The notes below the pieces were generated by a model. It searched no databases, was not told the DNA's origin, and saw nothing but the letters and a program-made list of their open reading frames with translations. The position numbers and the translations under genes were made by a program. A stretch of 64,000 nt of DNA from the NCBI RefSeq assembly GCF_002087085.1, contig NZ_MWQY01000009.1, positions 124,001 to 188,000 on the forward strand, read 5' to 3'. Shown piece after piece: positions 25,705 through 35,644 of this stretch. Positions within the stretch are counted from its first letter, which is position 1; every line of letters begins with the position of its first letter.

Positions 25705-26880
25705 ATGAGAAAATCACACACCCAACGCGAAAACAGATCTTCAAAGGTACCCATTGTCCTCCGGCAGCTACTGATTGCCGAGGGAGCACAAAAACAGCAG
25801 CTCAAGGAGGAACTCCAGCGAATTCTGTCGGATCCACGGGAGCTCTTAACCTGCGGTATACTGGATTCTGAACACCGGCTGTATAAAAACGCCCAGACAG
25901 TGGACGATGCCCTTGAATCGGTGACCAATGGGATGGAGGACCCTGCCCTGCTGGAGCAGCTTTTGCAGGTTCCTGATGATTCCCTGGTGGGCCCCTGGAA
26001 AAACTGCGTTTTATGCATTAAGGCCCTGTATGACGGAGACACAAAAAAACTGCAGCGTCTGAAAGAGCAAATCCCTTCGGAAACACCTCCCTTCAAACTC
26101 GCGGAACTCGCTCTGATGATGGCCTCCGGGAATATCCCTGAGGAGGAGAAAAACAGTCTTCGAGGCTGCTTTTCTTCCGAGATCCTTGAATCACCGGATT
26201 ATGTTATCAGTGCCGGAGAACAGATGGAGGATGCCCTGGAAATGGGCTTGATTGACCTTTTCGCGGATACCGCTGCCATGCTGGTCCGGGATCTCGAACG
26301 GGACTATACGGAGGCGGCGGAAGACTTCGCGCTCTGGTGTTTTTCCCGGCTGGCCAGGGAAGACCATTCTCCCGCACCACTGTTAAAGCGTTTCAGGAGC
26401 ATTTTCGGGGAATCCGGAACCCTGCGTCTTGCGGCCCTGGGAATAGCGGAAGAAGACGCCGATGCCGCTCTTTACTACTGGCTGAAATTTATCGTTTCCC
26501 TCCTCGAGGAACGACAGATCGAAAGGGAGACCCTTGCCGCCGCCTTATACATCGCCGCACACCTGGGAGACATGGGGATCCTTAAGGAAGGAGATTCCGA
26601 TACTGATACGCAGAGCAGCGAAGACCTCCTTCTGCTACGCCAGTTTCAGAAACTGCTTCAGAAAATCAGTGAAGAAGCAGGGCAGCAGTTTCCGGATATT
26701 TCGATCTCCGCCCTCGGAACCCCGGAGGACTGCCGCAGAACAGCAGTTCTTTTCAGTTCCGGTTCCGAAAACAGAATCACAGGCTACAGAATTCCGGAAA
26801 CTGAACGCCCGGAAAGCAAAGAGGAACAGCGAATCCTTCCGGAAAAACAGGAACCGCAGCAGCTGGAACTCTTCGCCTGA
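25705..26880 (+). CDS. Hypothetical helical protein ending in a QLELF motif
   Basis: Long acidic/helical ORF; no family recognised. Confidence 0.72.
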   Translation: MRKSHTQRENRSSKVPIVLRQLLIAEGAQKQQLKEELQRILSDPRELLTCGILDSEHRLYKNAQTVDDALESVTNGMEDPALLEQLLQVPDDSLVGPWKNCVLCIKALYDGDTKKLQRLKEQIPSETPPFKLAELALMMASGNIPEEEKNSLRGCFSSEILESPDYVISAGEQMEDALEMGLIDLFADTAAMLVRDLERDYTEAAEDFALWCFSRLAREDHSPAPLLKRFRSIFGESGTLRLAALGIAEEDADAALYYWLKFIVSLLEERQIERETLAAALYIAAHLGDMGILKEGDSDTDTQSSEDLLLLRQFQKLLQKISEEAGQQFPDISISALGTPEDCRRTAVLFSSGSENRITGYRIPETERPESKEEQRILPEKQEPQQLELFA

Positions 26881-26907
26881 ACATACCCTTAACAGGAGAA
26901 AAGCCGA

Positions 26908-27204
26908 ATGGCCATCTTTACCTATGATCCTTTCGCACGCCTGGGCATCTCCCGCGATGCCGACGCCGACACCATCAATACAGCATACCGACAGGCCCTT
27001 GAGACTGCATCGGGAAAAGAAAAAGAAGAGCTACAACGACAGTGTTCCCTGCTTCTGGATTCCCAGGGACTGCAGATTGCCCGGCTTGCAACACCCGTGG
27101 GGGGAACAAACTTCACTGAGCTTACGGAAGGACTTCCCGCCCGCCCGCGCTACGTGGGACCTGGGAGATGGAAAAAGGTTCTCCGGAAAATGCTTCAGGC
27201 GTAG
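26908..27204 (+). CDS. Small J-domain-like protein lacking HPD
   Basis: YDPF..LGIS.DAD...I..AYR pattern; AGGAG RBS. Confidence 0.65.
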   Translation: MAIFTYDPFARLGISRDADADTINTAYRQALETASGKEKEELQRQCSLLLDSQGLQIARLATPVGGTNFTELTEGLPARPRYVGPGRWKKVLRKMLQA

Positions 27205-27268
27205 AGCTTGCGTCATCGGTTGTTTTGCCCTACTCTTTTGATAACCCTATCCCCTGGAGGCACCAACA

Positions 27269-28933
27269 ATGCAGACGATCTTTTGCACCCTGCCGTCAAA
27301 AAAGCGGATCAAGCTTGACTACGGGACCAGGGTATCGGAGCTTATCCGGAGCGAAGCGGAATTCTCTGCACCTCCCAGGCCGATCATTGCCGCTCTTGTA
27401 AACAACGAACTTGTCAGTCTCTCCTTCAAGATAGAGATTTCCTCCAGCCTGGAACCCGTTTCCCTGGACTCGGTGGTGGGGATGCGGATATACCGCAATT
27501 CCTTGAGTTTTCTGCTCTCCCGGGCTGTCTCGGAACTCTTTCCCCGGAGAAAGCTGATTATCGGTCACTCCCTGGGGCACGGCTACTACTTCTACTTCAA
27601 CAGTGAAGAAGAGATAAGTGCCGACGACCTTGAAGGCATCGAGAAAAGAATGCGTGAGATAGTTGCCAGGAATGAACCGATAGTCCGCCGGGTGATCTCC
27701 TACGGTGAAGCTCTGGACTATTTCATGAAAACCGGACACCACTCCCGGGTTGAACTCCTCCGTTTCCGCAACGAAGCCAAGATTCCCGTCTATGAAAGCG
27801 GGGAACACCGGGAAATAGGCTATCAGCCCCTGGTGCAATCAACGGGACTCCTGAACCTCTTTGAGCTCAAGCCCTATTCCCCGGGATTTCTGCTGCGCTA
27901 CCCCTCTTCAGCTGCCCCCGACAGGGTAGCCAAGTTTTCTGACAATCCTGTCCTCTTCTCGGTTTTCATGGAATATAAGGCCTGGGGCAAGATACTGAAC
28001 GTAAACAGCGTCGGAAAACTCAACCGACTGGTGGAATCCCAGAAGATCGGCGACTTTATTCAGGTTGCCGAGGCGCTCCACAACAAAAAGATTGCCTCCA
28101 TCGCAGACCGGATAGCAGAGCGCCGGGGGACCGTCAGGGCAGTTATGATCGCCGGCCCCTCCTCCTCGGGAAAAACGACCTTCACCAAGAAACTGGGAAT
28201 CCAGCTGAAGGTCCTGGGTTTTAATCCCATAGCCATATCCCTGGACGACTACTTTGTACCCCGGGAAAAAACGCCTCTGGACGAAAATGGGGACTATGAC
28301 TTCGAGGCGCTGGAGGCCATTGACATCGAGCTGCTGAACCAGCATCTGATTCGGCTCCTGAAGGGTGAAGAGATTGAAATCCCCCTCTTCGACTTTATAA
28401 TTGGAGACCGCAGACCTTCAGGGAAGTATCTCAAGCTCAACCGTAGAAGCATCCTTCTTATGGAGGGAATCCACGGCCTGAACGACGCCCTTACCCCCCA
28501 GGTAGATCCGGAGACAAAATACAAGGTATATGTTTCCGCCCTTACTCAGCTTAATCTGGACGATCGCAACCGGATTCCCACTACCGATAACCGGCTTCTG
28601 CGCAGGATGGTCAGAGACCACCAGTTCAGGGGACACAGTGCCCTGAGGACTCTGCAGATGTGGCCTTCGGTGCGGCGGGGAGAAGACAGAAATATCTTCC
28701 CTTACCAGAACAACGCCGATTCCGCCTTTAACTCCGCCCTGGATTACGAGCTGGCGGTCCTGAAGAATTATGCAGAGACCCTGCTCAGAACAGTTAAACC
28801 CTTTCACCGGGAATACGCCGAGGCGATGAGGCTTACAAGCTTTCTGCACAACTTCATCGGCATACCCGACAGGGAGGTCCCCAGGGACTCAATCCTGCGG
28901 GAGTTTATCGGCGGATCAAAGTTTCACTATTGA
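27269..28933 (+). CDS. Nucleoside (uridine) kinase with N-terminal TGS/ThrRS-like domain
   Basis: AGPSSSGKTTF, SLDDYF, EGIHGLN, RLLRRMVRD and FNSAL.YEL motifs. Confidence 0.88.
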   Translation: MQTIFCTLPSKKRIKLDYGTRVSELIRSEAEFSAPPRPIIAALVNNELVSLSFKIEISSSLEPVSLDSVVGMRIYRNSLSFLLSRAVSELFPRRKLIIGHSLGHGYYFYFNSEEEISADDLEGIEKRMREIVARNEPIVRRVISYGEALDYFMKTGHHSRVELLRFRNEAKIPVYESGEHREIGYQPLVQSTGLLNLFELKPYSPGFLLRYPSSAAPDRVAKFSDNPVLFSVFMEYKAWGKILNVNSVGKLNRLVESQKIGDFIQVAEALHNKKIASIADRIAERRGTVRAVMIAGPSSSGKTTFTKKLGIQLKVLGFNPIAISLDDYFVPREKTPLDENGDYDFEALEAIDIELLNQHLIRLLKGEEIEIPLFDFIIGDRRPSGKYLKLNRRSILLMEGIHGLNDALTPQVDPETKYKVYVSALTQLNLDDRNRIPTTDNRLLRRMVRDHQFRGHSALRTLQMWPSVRRGEDRNIFPYQNNADSAFNSALDYELAVLKNYAETLLRTVKPFHREYAEAMRLTSFLHNFIGIPDREVPRDSILREFIGGSKFHY

Positions 28934-30543
28934 AAAGAAAGGTGGAAATAGAGACTTCCTCCATCGGGGCGGGGCAGAAACCGGAGACTCACCAGCGGGA
29001 AATCCCCGGTCTCTGAGCTTTCCTTCGCGGATGCAGCACCGGATTCAAAGGGATCAGGGAAGTCCGTCAGTTCCGCCAGGGCCAGACAGAAGGCCCCGCC
29101 CAGCCAGAAACCCAGAGCAAGATTACGCTTCAATTCAAAGCTGTCGAAGCTGTTCTCCCAGGCAGAGTAGCGCGCCGGACTGGATACCTCCTGATAACGG
29201 TACCAGTCCGCCAGAGAATCCGTCCTGCCGATACCCGCGAGGGAAGCAAAAACGTTACCCCCCGAAAACAGGGCAAGCCCGCTTCCCACCAGCACCCGGT
29301 CCCAGAAGTTTGATGCCAGAGCTTCCCTGTCTCCAGGCTGCGCCGGAGCTGCCAGAACTGCCGCACTGCCCAGGGTCCACAATCCCAGGACCATCCCCTG
29401 CCGGGCAAGTACCCATGGAAACTCCCGGTCATACTCTTCGTCGTAATAGGTATCCGAGTGTCCCCGGGCACGCAGATAGGAACTCTCCGCCAGGGGATCA
29501 ATGCTGTCGAGGTAGAGAAGGTGCCCTGCCAGGGCGGTTCCGATACCTGCGTAGAGGTACCATTTGCCACGGTAACTGAACTTCAGATCCCCTGCATCTC
29601 CTCCGATCAGGGGAAACCCGGCGGTAACGGGGGCGGCCGCGTGCATTGTCCAGGCAGCGGTGGAGGAAATGGTACGGGCTGCCCGGTAGAAATCTTCCGC
29701 AGTACCGTAGCTGTCCCTGTCGGCCGGGAGCAGGGCGTTCCGGGCCAGGTAATCGCTGGAAACGCTTTCCGCTCCGCTCATGAGAGTCAGCATATTGGCC
29801 AGGCCTCCGAGCTGATACAGTGCGATTCCCGTTGTGAAAAGACGTTCTCCGGTGCTGGTCTGTACCGGTGCTGCAGGCTCTGTATCCTGAAGCACTGTTT
29901 CAGACGTCTCCGATTCAGCGGGTACATCCCCGGCTTCTTCCCCGCCGCTGAGTTCCCCGGCGGAATCTGCCGAAGGAGCTTCCGCTGTATCTTCAGGAAT
30001 TTCTTCCTCCGGGACGGAGGGTTCCTGATCAGGTCCCCGGGCAATTACCGCTTCGGCCAGTCCCATCTGTACAGCGAGATTTTCTCCAACCTCGGCAACC
30101 GTGGCGTCGTAGTTTCGAATATCGATGAAGAACTCTTCCGCCCTGCCCTTTCTCGCGCCGTCGGCGCTGATCCCCTGGAGGCTCAGGATATAACCCCCTC
30201 CGCTCCTTTCCAGGCTGAATACCGCTATCCCATCAAGACCAAGCCTGCCGGCCAGATCCCGGGCACATTCGGGATCATCGCACCCGGCGATTTCCGCAGC
30301 GGTCAGTCCTTCGGCCTCCCGCTTTTTCTGCAGTTCTTCTCCGGCCAATACCCGTCCGCCGGTATACTCCCGGATAGTATCACCTGCAAGGCCTTCCCCT
30401 ACCTTCAGCAGATAGGAAGGAACCCCTTCGCCTCTGATGGAAACAAGACCGATCTCCTGGGCTGATCCGGGAAGGGAGAAAAACAGACAAAGAAGGGTAA
30501 GATAAAAAAAAGGTGATCCCCCGATCCGTACAATCCTGTTCAT
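28927..30543 (-). CDS. Hypothetical exported/membrane protein
   Basis: Signal peptide, C-x4-C N-terminal domain, acidic linker, three hydrophobic modules and an aromatic C-terminal strand. Confidence 0.72.
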   Translation of the reverse strand: MNRIVRIGGSPFFYLTLLCLFFSLPGSAQEIGLVSIRGEGVPSYLLKVGEGLAGDTIREYTGGRVLAGEELQKKREAEGLTAAEIAGCDDPECARDLAGRLGLDGIAVFSLERSGGGYILSLQGISADGARKGRAEEFFIDIRNYDATVAEVGENLAVQMGLAEAVIARGPDQEPSVPEEEIPEDTAEAPSADSAGELSGGEEAGDVPAESETSETVLQDTEPAAPVQTSTGERLFTTGIALYQLGGLANMLTLMSGAESVSSDYLARNALLPADRDSYGTAEDFYRAARTISSTAAWTMHAAAPVTAGFPLIGGDAGDLKFSYRGKWYLYAGIGTALAGHLLYLDSIDPLAESSYLRARGHSDTYYDEEYDREFPWVLARQGMVLGLWTLGSAAVLAAPAQPGDREALASNFWDRVLVGSGLALFSGGNVFASLAGIGRTDSLADWYRYQEVSSPARYSAWENSFDSFELKRNLALGFWLGGAFCLALAELTDFPDPFESGAASAKESSETGDFPLVSLRFLPRPDGGSLYFHLSFQ

Positions 30544-30679
30544 GCAGCCGCCCTCATCCTTATACAAGGGATAATTCCTGTTTACTTTAGCATAGTTCAG
30601 GTAAAAACTCTTCCCAAAAAATTCTCAACCCTCCCCACTCTGTTGCAGAAAGTTGAGTTTTCTGCCTAGGATATCCCGA

Positions 30680-31954
30680 ATGAGCACAAAGATTCCCGGA
30701 GACAAACTCGCGCAGTTCAGAAACGCAGCGATATATTCCTCCCTGGACCGGAAAGATCAGTCCTCCCTGGAGGAACTGGCCTCGAACCGGCGGCTCTCCG
30801 TCCAGCAGCTCAGGCAGGTCCTCGAAATCGCCCGGGACCTCCAGATGTGGGGAATCGGCCCCATATCATCATGGATAGAAGAGCTGCCTCCCGCGGATCC
30901 ACGGGAGGGAAAGCGGCAGGCGGTGAAGACCGTTGATACCCTTGTCTCCCGCTGGGAGGAGGAACGGCGAAGAGGTCCGGAATATACGGGAAATGCGCCT
31001 GTGTATGGAGCTTCCCCCCGCAGCATCATGGAGAGCACCGCACCCGCGACGATTCTTGGATCCTGCCCCGTAGCCTCGGAAAAGACCCGCTGCTGCAATC
31101 TTCAAACCCTGGACGCGGTAATAAACTGCGGTTTCGGCTGCACCTACTGTACCATCCAGTCGTTTTACGATCAGGGGAGGATCTACCTTCACAGCGATCT
31201 GGGCAGAAGACTCAGGGAACTTCACCTGGATCCTGAAGGGATCTACCACATCGGAACAGGACAGTCTTCAGATTCCCTCATGTGGGGCAACCGGGAAAAC
31301 CTGCTGGCCGACCTCTTCGATTTTGCCCGGCGTAATCCTAATGTGATTCTGGAGCTTAAAACAAAATCGGACAATATCTCCTGGCTGCTGGAGAACAGCC
31401 CTCCCCCCAATGTACTTGTTACCTGGAGCCTCAACAGCGAGCAGATGATCCGCTGGGAAGAGCGCGGTACCGCCCCCCTGGAAAAACGCCTGGACGCGGC
31501 AGCCCGGACAGCCCTGGCCGGTTATCTGGTGGGCTTTCATTTCCATCCCATGGTTCCCCATGACAACTGGAGAGAATCCTATGCTGCCGTCTTCTCCAGA
31601 CTTCTCTCCGACTTTGATCCTTCCCGGGTCGCCATGACCTCCTTCGGGACCCTGACGTTCATAAAACCGGTAATCCGGGCAATCCGTGAACGGGGACAGG
31701 CAACCCAGGTTCTGCGTATGCCCCTGACAGAAACTGCAGGTAAATACTCCTATCCGGAGGATACAAAGGTGGACCTCTTCCGCTTCGGCTACGAGAGCCT
31801 CGCGGCCTGGCACGAAAAGGTCTTTTTTTATCTCTGTATGGAGCCCGCCGGACTCTGGGAACCGGTTTTCGGCTTCTCCTATCCAGACAACACAAGCTTC
31901 GAAGAGGCCATGAAGCTCTCCTACCGCAGCAAGATACTGTCCCCACGATTTTGA
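30680..31954 (+). CDS. Spore photoproduct lyase-family radical SAM protein
   Basis: NCGFGCTYC, IGTGQSSDSL, ELKTKS, WSLN, GFHFHP and YLCME motifs. Confidence 0.82.
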   Translation: MSTKIPGDKLAQFRNAAIYSSLDRKDQSSLEELASNRRLSVQQLRQVLEIARDLQMWGIGPISSWIEELPPADPREGKRQAVKTVDTLVSRWEEERRRGPEYTGNAPVYGASPRSIMESTAPATILGSCPVASEKTRCCNLQTLDAVINCGFGCTYCTIQSFYDQGRIYLHSDLGRRLRELHLDPEGIYHIGTGQSSDSLMWGNRENLLADLFDFARRNPNVILELKTKSDNISWLLENSPPPNVLVTWSLNSEQMIRWEERGTAPLEKRLDAAARTALAGYLVGFHFHPMVPHDNWRESYAAVFSRLLSDFDPSRVAMTSFGTLTFIKPVIRAIRERGQATQVLRMPLTETAGKYSYPEDTKVDLFRFGYESLAAWHEKVFFYLCMEPAGLWEPVFGFSYPDNTSFEEAMKLSYRSKILSPRF

Positions 31955-31975
31955 ACACTATATCCTGAATAAGGC

Positions 31976-32033
31976 TTGACAAACCTCATATCGCAAAGTA
32001 ACTTTGTAATGCAAAGTTACTTTGCGCAGCAAA
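31976..32033 (+). promoter_or_regulatory. sigma70 promoter with overlapping palindromic operator array
   Basis: TTGACA (31976)-17 bp-TAACTT (31999). Perfect 15-bp IR CGCAAAGTAACTTTG/CAAAGTTACTTTGCG (31992-32026) made of ACTTTG-N5-CAAAGT units. Confidence 0.72.
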
Positions 32034-32052
32034 TACCGATAAGGAAGGGCTA

Positions 32053-32652
32053 ATGGAAGCAGATAAAGAGGAACTCCGTAAATACCTCAGGGATCTAAAG
32101 GAGATGAAGGACCTGGTGGCACGGCACGAGGAGCGCCCCATCGTTGAGTACTGGGACTTTGTTGCCTGGGGAGCACTGCTCATCCTGGGAACCCTGCTGC
32201 ACGCCCGGTTCTTTCCGGATACAATAAACACCGCCCTGCTGGTGATCTGGCTTCCGGTCTTAATCATCGGAGGCTTTATAGAGACCATGGCCTGGGTTTA
32301 CCTGGTAAAACGGCTGGAGATGCCCCTGTCTTCCCGAAGAAACCAGCGCTTCTACCTTGCCTCCGTGGTAATCCTTATCGCGGTAATCTTCATACTCTAC
32401 TACCTGATTCACCTGAAAGGCCCCATTCCGGGGATGTTGCTCCTATTGCTGGCGGTGCTTTTTGCCTTCGTCGCCCAGATGAGTTACCTGGGCCTGTTCA
32501 TTGAGACGGTACTGACCCTGGCTGCCGGGATCGTGCTTACGGTTCTGGACGTACGGGGCTCTGCGGCATCGGTGGGGGTCGGTATTTTCGCCGGCCTGGA
32601 ATTCATTGTTATGGGAATACATACGAGGTTTCTGGAAAAGCGGAATGGATAA
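32053..32652 (+). CDS. Hypothetical membrane protein (about 6 TM)
   Basis: Hydrophobic ORF overlapping the downstream regulator. Confidence 0.78.
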   Translation: MEADKEELRKYLRDLKEMKDLVARHEERPIVEYWDFVAWGALLILGTLLHARFFPDTINTALLVIWLPVLIIGGFIETMAWVYLVKRLEMPLSSRRNQRFYLASVVILIAVIFILYYLIHLKGPIPGMLLLLLAVLFAFVAQMSYLGLFIETVLTLAAGIVLTVLDVRGSAASVGVGIFAGLEFIVMGIHTRFLEKRNG

Positions 32653-32983
32653 GCTCTACACCCGCTTTGACGGGGTCTTCTTCGAAAAAACCCGCCTCTC
32701 CCTTTTAACCCTGATAATTCAGGAGGAGAGCGTCTCCTTCAACACCCTCAAACAACAGCTGAATATGAGCGACGGGGCACTCTACACCCATCTTGAAAAA
32801 CTTGTAAGCGCCGGGTACGTGGCAAAGAGGCGGGAGATCGCCGGGACTTCCGTCCAGACCCTCTATTCCGCCAGTGAGGAGGGGAAAGAGCGCTTCAGGG
32901 AGTATCTGGATTTCCTTGAAGATATGATTACCAGCCATAAATCTTTCACTGATGATTCCGGAACAAAAGGAGAAACGCCATGA
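32645..32983 (+). CDS. Winged-helix transcriptional regulator (ArsR-like HTH_34 type)
   Basis: RL.....L......F..LK..L..SDG.L..HL.KL...GYV...G...F..Y...L pattern. Confidence 0.85.
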   Translation: MDKLYTRFDGVFFEKTRLSLLTLIIQEESVSFNTLKQQLNMSDGALYTHLEKLVSAGYVAKRREIAGTSVQTLYSASEEGKERFREYLDFLEDMITSHKSFTDDSGTKGETP

Positions 32984-33738
32984 AACTCACAGGACTGATA
33001 GTGCTGATATTCGCAGGGCTCCCCCTCTGCGGTGTATTCGCTCAGATTCCATCGGGGGACGAACTGCTGCGCATGACGGAGGAGACCATCAATCCTTCGA
33101 TCTATCGCTCACAGATGAGCATTACAACGGTAAAACCCGGGCAGAAAGAGAGTACCCTCGGTATGGAGGTTTATTACAAGGAGGACACGGGGACATTTAT
33201 GGAGATGACCTCTCCGGCACGCAGCCGGGGCCTGCGCTTTCTTGAGAAGGAGACCAATCTGTATATGTACAACCCGAAATCCAACAGCAGAAGACCCCTG
33301 AGACTCTCCCCGGAACAGTCCTTTCAGGGAACGGTCTTTTCCAACAACGACGTTTCCGATCCCAAATATACCGACGACTACAGTGCGTCCCTCTCCGGGG
33401 AAGACAGCTTTAATCATCCCGATACCGGAAAGACAGACTGCCTGATAGTTCTGGCGAAGGCAAAACGGAAAGAGGCTCCCTATGGAAAGATCAGAATCTG
33501 GCTTCATAAAGACAGTCTTCGTCCCCTCCGTTTCGATTATTACGCCAAATCCGGACTGCTCTTCAAGAGCATGATACTCAGTGATTACAAGGAACTTGCC
33601 GGTGCCATGCGTCCGGCCGTCATGCACATGGACTCCTACGAGATTGAAGGCGCCTGGTCAGAGGTGATTATCGATTCCATGGAGGCCCTCCCGGATATTC
33701 CCGACAGCCGCTTCAGCACTGCTGCCCTGACACGGTAG
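32980..33738 (+). CDS. Outer-membrane lipoprotein-sorting (LolA-like) protein
   Basis: Signal peptide; SPA..RG..FL, F.GT.FS..D and PY.K...W patterns. Confidence 0.78.
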   Translation: MKLTGLIVLIFAGLPLCGVFAQIPSGDELLRMTEETINPSIYRSQMSITTVKPGQKESTLGMEVYYKEDTGTFMEMTSPARSRGLRFLEKETNLYMYNPKSNSRRPLRLSPEQSFQGTVFSNNDVSDPKYTDDYSASLSGEDSFNHPDTGKTDCLIVLAKAKRKEAPYGKIRIWLHKDSLRPLRFDYYAKSGLLFKSMILSDYKELAGAMRPAVMHMDSYEIEGAWSEVIIDSMEALPDIPDSRFSTAALTR

Positions 33739-33752
33739 AGGACGGGAGTGAA

Positions 33753-34940
33753 ATGACGGGAAATCTTCGGGTAACAGGATTTTTTCTCCTCCTTGTAAAC
33801 CTGATGTCCGGGGTATCGGTGCTTGCCCAGGAATACTCCGTCTTTGGCGAGATTGAAATGGAAGGGAGTTTTGCCCTTACACCGAAGGGAGAAGCCGACA
33901 ATTTCCTCGACTCCTTTCTGGGAGCTGAAGCGAACCACCGCCTCGATTATGAAGAGTTCAGTTTTACCGCCAGGCACAGGGTGGAGGTCGACCGGCAGGA
34001 AGAGCTGCACCATTATCTATACGAGGCCTACATCGATTACCGGGCCGCGGAAATCCTGAGCATAAGTGCGGGAAAACAGCGCATTCCCTGGGGTCGGGGG
34101 GTTGCATTCTTCCCGACGGATGTTCTGCACCCCAGTCACACCCGGGAGGACGTGGAGGGTTTTACCGGCTTGAGCCTTATTCTCAATCCGGACATGAACC
34201 TCCAGCTTGCGGGGGCCCTTGATTTCAGCACGCCCCTTGCCGGGGCGACCCCGGAAGAAAACGAAGACTTTTACCGGGATCTCAAGTACGCCCTGTACCT
34301 GAGCCTTCTTGCAGGGAAGGTCGACCTGGCCTTTTCCGCCGTTTACAGTCCGGAGGAGACCCTTCGACCGGGATTCGGAATGTCCTGGGATATCGCCGGA
34401 TTCATCGTAACTGCAGAAGGAGCCGTGGAGTTCAACAATTCCACGGAGTATCCGGACACAGACCTGTTCAACTTCGAGGCTCCAGGCGCTTTCCGGCCCT
34501 ACCCTCTGGTAGCGGCGGGAATAAGCCGGAACCTTACACCGCGACAGATGCCGGATCTGAGTCTGATGTTTGTAACGGAGTACCTCCATGCCGGTACCGG
34601 ATACGATAAAAAAGAACGGGAAGAATACTTTAACATCATCGGCACATATCTGGCCTCCGGGAAAGAGCATCCGGAGATTGAATATCTGGGGCGGAATTAC
34701 CTGTTTGCCCTGGCCAGCCTCGAACTTTACATGCGCTTCAGCCTGGAACTCTCCGCATACGCAAGTCTCGATGATCAGTCGCTTTCGTACGCTGCGACGG
34801 GTACCCTGCTCAGTATTCGGGGGATGGACCTGAGTCTCAAGGGCGAACAGATTATCGGAGGACAGCGGTCCGTGTTCGGGTCCCTGAAAGCCGGTGAGGG
34901 AGAGTATCGCGTAACACTGAAATCGACCATCTATTTTTAA
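33753..34940 (+). CDS. Putative outer-membrane beta-barrel protein
   Basis: Signal peptide, EAY.D and GKQRI.WG motifs, C-terminal ..IYF. Confidence 0.7.
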   Translation: MTGNLRVTGFFLLLVNLMSGVSVLAQEYSVFGEIEMEGSFALTPKGEADNFLDSFLGAEANHRLDYEEFSFTARHRVEVDRQEELHHYLYEAYIDYRAAEILSISAGKQRIPWGRGVAFFPTDVLHPSHTREDVEGFTGLSLILNPDMNLQLAGALDFSTPLAGATPEENEDFYRDLKYALYLSLLAGKVDLAFSAVYSPEETLRPGFGMSWDIAGFIVTAEGAVEFNNSTEYPDTDLFNFEAPGAFRPYPLVAAGISRNLTPRQMPDLSLMFVTEYLHAGTGYDKKEREEYFNIIGTYLASGKEHPEIEYLGRNYLFALASLELYMRFSLELSAYASLDDQSLSYAATGTLLSIRGMDLSLKGEQIIGGQRSVFGSLKAGEGEYRVTLKSTIYF

Positions 34941-34951
34941 GGGAGTTGATT

Positions 34952-35644
34952 ATGCCGGTTTTGAAAATCGAAGACATACACAAGGATTACCTGCTGGGAA
35001 AGTCCGTTATTCATGCCCTCAAAGGGCTTAGTTTGAGCGTCGAAAAGGGGGATTTTATCTCTGTTGTCGGTCCATCGGGCTGCGGCAAAACCACCCTCCT
35101 GAATATCCTCGGCTGCATAGACAAGCCAAGCTCCGGCAGGGTCTATTTCAGGGGAGAGGATCTTTCAAAAATGACGGACAATCAGGAGGCGGACATCCGG
35201 CTCAGGGAGATAGGTTTCATCTTCCAGTCCTTTAACCTTGTTCCGGTATTGAGCTGTTCCGAAAACATCGAGTTTCCCCTTATTCTGGCTGGGGTTCCCA
35301 AAAAGGAACGCCGGAGGCGGACGGCACGACTGGTGGAAATCGTGGGACTTGCGGATTTTGCGGAGCATAAACCGGATGAACTCTCCGGAGGACAGCGTCA
35401 GCGGGTGGCGATTGCCCGGGCCCTTGTAAACAATCCGTCCCTGGTCATCGCCGACGAACCGACGGCGAACCTCGACTCCGAAACGGGAAACTCGATCCTG
35501 GAGACCATGAACCGCCTTAACCGGGAGGAAAAGGTCACCTTTATATTTTCCACCCACAATCCGGAAATCATGCAGTACGCCAGGACCATCATACATCTGA
35601 AGGACGGTGCCGTTACACGTGTAGACCAGGGGGTCCCGGCATGA
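34952..35644 (+). CDS. ABC transporter ATP-binding protein (LolD/MacB-type)
   Basis: GPSGCGKTT, LSGGQRQRVAIARAL and ADEPTANLD motifs. Confidence 0.93.
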   Translation: MPVLKIEDIHKDYLLGKSVIHALKGLSLSVEKGDFISVVGPSGCGKTTLLNILGCIDKPSSGRVYFRGEDLSKMTDNQEADIRLREIGFIFQSFNLVPVLSCSENIEFPLILAGVPKKERRRRTARLVEIVGLADFAEHKPDELSGGQRQRVAIARALVNNPSLVIADEPTANLDSETGNSILETMNRLNREEKVTFIFSTHNPEIMQYARTIIHLKDGAVTRVDQGVPA

